A stretch of 63,876 bases of DNA, counting the filler, from Hausera hauseri (Eukaryota), in NCBI GenBank assembly GCA_046269625.1. It is 9 parts of 9 records of this genome, joined end to end, with 100 filler letters (N's around TTAATTAATTAA, not from the genome) between each part and the next. Parts side by side here need not be neighbours in the genome. Positions count along the whole stretch, not along the records: positions 57,537 to 63,876 come from JBJURY010110985.1; 8 more parts are not named here. The stretch is one strand, 5' to 3'. The position numbers were made by a program, and so were the translations under genes. Below, piece by piece: positions 58,261-63,876 of the stretch. Position 1 is the stretch's first letter; every line of letters begins with the position of its first letter. Under the pieces are notes generated by a model. The model was given only the letters and a program-made list of their open reading frames with translations. It searched no databases and had not been told where the DNA came from.

Positions 58261-60499
58261 GGAAGGTGTATCGTGAAAGGTGCTGCACGGGCGGTACGGA
58301 TGTAAGATTAAAAAGAAAACAACGGTATAGTTGGTTCGGGATGCAATACGGTATTTGCGTTGTCCCCAAGTTAAGGCAACCCAATGCCAAGCATGGCGTG
58401 TATTATTTATACTATGCGTATTCTGTCTTCGAAACTGCCGTCACCGTGGTAAACGCCATTTGTTTTTACATAATGTTACCTATTTTAATTATTTCATTAA
58501 ATTCTCTTTGCGCCGAATGTGAAGTCCCTACAACCAGGATCACCTTGTTCACAAGGTCATTCTTTAGGTAACGAGGACACTCGGTGGAAGTATGAATGTG
58601 ACACAGACTCGTCTAAGCTGGCGGGGTTAACGACCCTTACACTGTGTGCCAGGTTTATTTAGTTAGAGGAAGAAAAACATATTAAAGCTGGTAAGTGTAG
58701 TTTTAATTAGCAAAGAGAGATGAACATTGTACATTATTACGAAACACAAAAGACAAGAAAAGTGAATGGAAAGAAACGTAGATCACGAAATCAAATTTTG
58801 ACTGGGACTTTGAGTGTGTTTACTCTCCGGTGGCTGTTGGAGCAAAGAGCGGAGCATTTATGGGAATGTCCCCTGTGCTGTGATGCTGGTTCCTAAGAAT
58901 CAAGAATCAAGAACAGCAATTACATGATGTATGCTAGAAGAAACAAAGAAAAACCTAATTAATAATAATAATGACAACGATGATAATAATAATAATGATA
59001 TTAATAAGGTAGTAGAAATTAATAAGGCATCGATTGCGATGTTAGAAACCAAAATTAACAAACTGAAGAGAACAACACAAATTATTACAGATTGGAGAAA
59101 TCGATACCTATACAGAGATAATGATTTAAAAGAAGATGGCGGAAGTTACTGGACACCTTGGCACCGTTCACTGCAGACGGATGGCCTGCCATGTTTAAGC
59201 TTCAGGGAAACCCTCGCCTCTCCCCAATAGTACACACACCATCAGGGACAGTTTTTCTTGTATATCACGAAATGTTATATAGAATATCATTATCAAGCAA
59301 TGTGACTAGATTTACGTGGGTGAAATAGGTCGTAAACTTGGGGACAGATTTCTCGACCACCTCAGTGACATCACAGTCCAACTTGTGTTTCATTTCTCGT
59401 GATCACTAAGGGATAATGGATACCCAAGTCACAGCCAAAAGACTCTTCTCTTCTGATAATGTTCCCCTTTTGAGGCTGACATTGTCCTAATCTTTTCCGT
59501 TGCTGCACTTACCAGAGGGTTTAAACACGGTCAACTCTTTTGCATGAAATCAACTATTTCTGCAATACGTCCGTGTGACCTTTCTCCACTTTGATCTCAC
59601 TCTACACACACCCTTTCTTTTGCAAACTTGTCTGTTTCCAAACACGAGCCCAGATTCCTTCCATGCAACCATACCCAAAATTACTGGCACCTAGTGTACA
59701 GAGATAGAATGAATTAAATGCATTATTCATACCTTAGCGTCAGCCCAAGTCAACTGTTCGGAACTAAACTTATAGCAAGAATCTCCAAAGTAAGTAAATT
59801 CTTGCTGACATCTGGGACCTAATGAACCTATTCCAGATGAATATAATTTGTGTGAATATTACATCAATTAACAATTGTAATATTTTTTTTTCTTTACAAT
59901 GATGCCCTTCAAAATATGTAGGAAAACAAACAATATCCATCAACACTTGTAAATTACAAAGAAAAAATCGAATCACTGCAAGAAGCTAAATCAGCAACGC
60001 GGATTGATAACGTGATATGGTGTATAACAAAGTATGCAAAACTGGCCTCCAAAATGATGCAATAAGCAAACGACGTTTGTCTTGAATTTGTCTAGATCTG
60101 TCATTGCATTCACGACATTCTCATGTATATTTCAGCACTCGTCTCTGCAGTTAATGACGGGTTCTCAATGTAATCTTTCCTGATTAACAATTTGTCTTCC
60201 GTGCGAACTGTAGATTACACACATATTCAATCACCTTATTAAATGCTGTATTTCCAGTTTAATCCATAATCAGAGCAGAGACATGAAAACTAATACGAGA
60301 TCATTGCGACATAATCTATACTGTGCTGAGTAGAAATATGCAAACAGAAATGTTACTACGCCAGCCATATACACGTTTGCTCTTGGCAGTTCCAATTCTA
60401 TTAAAGTGTACACCTGGACTATAAGGTCCATCTTACCTCCCCTTTTTTTGGTACTACGTTAGGATGTATTCGATAGGTACACTGAATTTTTCTTTACCT

Positions 60500-61050
60500 T
60501 TTGGTAACCGCCCTTAAGTAAAGGAGATACTAAATCGTGACTTCGTACACAGTGTGGTGGGAAATGCGAACCACGATAATAATAAAATCGAACTCAAACA
60601 GTAACGAAGATCAACGATCTTCAAAAAATGAGAAGAAGCTTGTTGGTCATTGCTGAAGGTGAGCGTTTGTTTTGCAGCTGGCAAGATAAAGTTTGTCCAT
60701 CCTGAATTTGGATGAAGTAGAAGAGTTATTTCTACTAGTAAGGTTAAGCTATATTGTCCAAGTCACAAAGAAAGTGATGTTTTTTATAAATATTCGATCG
60801 TATATATCGATAGGAGATCGTTTACAATTGTGACGTTCTAAATGAAGGAAATCCAGTCCAACTTTGCATATTATTTGATTGCTTTCAGAAGAGCAAGGAT
60901 CAATGCTTCTGTTGTGTATTTCATTAGTATTTATTCTGAAGAATATGGTTGATTTCTATTTGGCAGTGGAGCCACAAGCCATCTACTTTGTATTGAAACT
61001 GGTAACATTTTGACAAAAGTTAGAGTGAGCACTTGTCGATAAACGAACTT
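60500..61050 (+). mobile_element. Possible Copia gag/protease remnant
   Basis: FLFGSGATSHL resembles Copia W.LDSGATSHM; highly decayed. Confidence 0.35.
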
Positions 61051-61649
61051 TCAATGAGGGTTATTTGTATTTTCATGTATCATCAGTCCATCGACTACCA
61101 TGGAAATGGAAACCATTAGAGAACACACCACATACACAGGAAGAACATTATCAAATTGTAAACTAATAACCCAATAAAGACAAACAAGATGCCACTGGTA
61201 AACTTAAATTAGAAATGCAGCCAAAAGATATAATATAGCTCCAGATCCAGTAAGCACATAACCAGTTTCTGCCGAAATCCTTTCTGACAATAACAAAGGT
61301 ATTAGTAGTATAGTATGTGTAAAACACAGCGCATTTGATTCCAGTTATAAGGATTATATAGCAAAAAACATTGTGCAAGATGGCGCCGAGTATAATTTCT
61401 TTTTTTTTTGAGGGTGGGGGGCGGAGGGGTGGTGGGGTTACATATTAGTTTTTCTTAGGTAATTGTTATATGTTTCACAAATATTTTGTGTATTTGTTAT
61501 GTAAGAATGGCACCCGGGGGCTACCATTTTCTTCTTCTTCTTCATGTTGTAATCCTTGATAAGGGGGGTTGCTGTTAGGTTACCTGGGTAGGTAAAGGAA
61601 AGCAACATTTGTATAATTGTATGCTTTGATAGCTAACTGTATTTCTGTT

Positions 61650-62000
61650 TTGTGTATTTGTTATATAAGTCGAGTAGGTAAGGGGAGACAATATATATTT
61701 TTTTTAATTTGTGAGATGACGAGTGATATTTATGTAGGTAATTGCAATGTCAGCATATTCTTGTTCAATACATGAATCCTAGATAAGGGTCAGTGTCGTC
61801 AGCAGAGGTGGTTAAAGTGGGTTCTCTGGTGGTAGGGGAGAAAATTTATTCTTTTATGGTAGTAACTGATATAATAGTCATTATAGTAAGCATTGATAAG
61901 GGGTTGACTGGGTACTTCTTTAGGGTGTTGTTGGCAGGTAGGTACCTGGATAGTAAGGGGAGACATCCATTGATGATATCATTTTGATGACGTAATATAT
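61650..62000 (-). mobile_element. Possible decayed LINE reverse transcriptase fragment
   Basis: ADDT-like motif near 61795-61805 in A/C-rich minus-strand sequence. Confidence 0.3.
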
Positions 62001-62029
62001 TTTATGTAGTTAGATGTTTTTAAGCACAA

Positions 62030-62340
62030 GCGTCTCGGCTTGTCCAGGTTGTTAAGGGATGGGTCTTTGGGGCATCTTCAGAAGTCAAAGACTCGCCTTG
62101 TCTGGGTTGTTAAGGGTTAGGTCTTTGTGTCATCCCCCGAGTGCAGGGTCTTGTCTTGTCCATGTTTTTCAGAGATGCATCTTCGGGTCATTTTCAGAAG
62201 TCAGGGCCTCGTCTTGGGTTAGCGTTAAAGGTTAGATCTTCGGGCCAACCTCCAAGGGCAGGGCTCGGATGGTCCAGATTATTAAGGGGTGGGTCATTCG
62301 GTCATACTCAGAGGTAAGGATCTCGTCTTGTCCATGGGTG
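62030..62340. repeat. Degenerate minisatellite, about 57-58 bp unit, about 5.5 copies
   Basis: Recurring CTCGTCTTGTCC...GTTAAGGG...TCTTCGGGTCAT...CAGAAGTCAG. Confidence 0.75.
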
Positions 62341-62479
62341 TTGTTTATGGGTCTCTGTTGTCTGCATAGGTATTACCCATGCTTGTTGAGATGTGAATTA
62401 GATCCTCAGATCATTTTGTTTCCCAGGTGTTGGAAGTAGATCTCGGTGAGTCCATGGGAGTTGGGGTTATTTTTTAATT

Positions 62480-62725
62480 TGTCTTTTTTTCAGGAGGCCA
62501 TTTTTACCATGCCGGCAATTTTCCGTGGCGGCAAGTTTTTCGGTCGGCCATTCGTTTCATGTTGGCCATTTTTTTCAGGTCGCTATTTTTTCTTTCATGT
62601 TGGCCATTTTTTTCATATCACCATTTGTTTTCATGGCATCCATTTTTTTGGGCAGCAACTTTTTTAGATCGACCATTTTTTCATGGCGACCATTTTGTTT
62701 CATGTTGGCCAATTTTGTTCATGTC
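62480..62725. repeat. Degenerate short tandem repeat
   Basis: About ten copies of TTCATG(T/G)(T/C)GGCCATTTTT-like units. Confidence 0.7.
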
Positions 62726-63799
62726 AGTCTTCCAATACGTACGCGACACTTTTAATCTATATTTTGCGGGTGACCTTTCTATCTATGTGAGACATCTTTG
62801 TTAGTCTTTTGACAACCTTTTACTCCCTAGTATCATGTTTCAGTCATTCATATTTATCTTTCCTCTATGAATCTCGGTGTTTCGTATGTGCTGCAGTTAT
62901 GTTTATTTTGGTTTTTTCTTGGTAACGTGTTTTGTGTTGTAAACAGCCATAGATATTTTCTTTTGCAGTCGAACATTTTAAATTTCCTTTCACGCGGGTG
63001 ATTTTCTGTATTTCATTTCAGTCGCTTGTATTACGGCTGCACTGTTTAGTCCTCTTGGTATTATTCACATTATTATTCACATTCCTGAGTTTTGGCTTTT
63101 GTATAGCTTCTAGAAATGTTGTGTTTTTACCAGTTGTGCTGTTTGAATCATATATTTGTCCTGCCCAAGCGATTGCTTCGTGTCTAACCGGCGTTTGTAT
63201 ATTTTCTTATTTGCTTCAATCCGTTAGATACATCATAATACATGCGACGTGTCCAAGTCTCGCGATAGTTTCAAACCGCGGAAAACAGCAAAATCTCACC
63301 GCTTGACCTTATATAACTGACCAGCGATACGCCCACTTGTTGAGTGTTGCAAATAATTTCTATTCAAACGGCAAACATGTTGATTGTACTCTTACAATTA
63401 AATTGTAAATACTTGTACGATTACCACGTTCTCATACCAAACGACTGAAACAGCTAATTGACTGTGACCACTTAATAAGCTGTCTTTTTGTCACTGGCTT
63501 ATAGCACAATCATTCTTCAGTGGCTGTAATGTAAGGACGTTAGCTGATATCTTTAAAATTATGTTTGCATTCTGTTCTACTATCTGTAAGTTTCTTGTGC
63601 ACATGAGAGAATACAAAAAGTACAGTGACATACACGAAACTCAACCTGCATGATCTGTTTCTTTTACGGGTGGAGACATGCTTCCCAATTCTGGTCTGAA
63701 GTATAAAGCCATGCATATATTTAATCAAAACGGCAAAACAAATGATTGAATGAATACATGGTCATAAGCTAATACCACGTGAAAGCTTTACAGATGGGT

Positions 63800-63800
<1 letters not shown>

Positions 63801-63876
<76 letters not shown>
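63801..63876. other. Terminal poly-G run, likely a sequencing artefact
   Basis: 76 uninterrupted G at the contig end, typical of two-colour chemistry no-signal calls. Confidence 0.9.

Noticed and set aside
59770-60400. GPCR pseudogene (CILCYTPYHV resembles TM6)
   Set aside because: A single short motif among many stops; not supportable
63801-63876. Poly-G as a G-quadruplex or telomere
   Set aside because: A pure terminal homopolymer typical of a sequencing artefact

Overview
This is not one locus. It is nine unrelated eukaryotic contigs joined by eight identical 100-bp artificial linkers (N44-TTAATTAATTAA-N44), and nearly all of them carry mobile elements. A (1-17882) is teleost-like DNA. 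It holds V-domain SINEs, L2, Tc1 and hAT remnants, unkempt-like pseudo-exons and an apparently intact full-length L1. It also holds an intact TSD-flanked RTE LINE whose 5' end folds as an HDV-like ribozyme and which sits between the TATA box and initiator of a small spliced orphan gene. B (17983-25536) has a decayed Gypsy pol and the left end of a Polinton/Maverick (AGTAGT terminus, pPolB N-terminus). C (25637-34562) is a near-complete fish endogenous retrovirus (gag-pro-2H phosphoesterase-pol-env-LTR) followed by a tRNA-Tyr PBS. D (34663-38962) is a minus-strand Gypsy pol with a long env-like extension on the integrase. E (39063-43483) has a palindrome-rich block, a Gypsy gag/protease and host-gene fragments including dynein heavy chain. 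F (43584-47734) has host exons (LCAT/PLA2G15-like and an opposite-strand gene) and a hAT remnant. G (47835-52196) is a BEL/Pao element whose Gag carries a ubiquitin-like domain ending in LKGG and two CCCH zinc fingers in place of the usual CCHC knuckles; this is the most unusual item. H (52297-57436) is a decayed Polinton/adintovirus-like region (two pPolB pieces, dUTPase). I (57537-63876) is repeat debris ending in a poly-G artefact. All family assignments come from motif recognition by eye; no database search or folding program was run.
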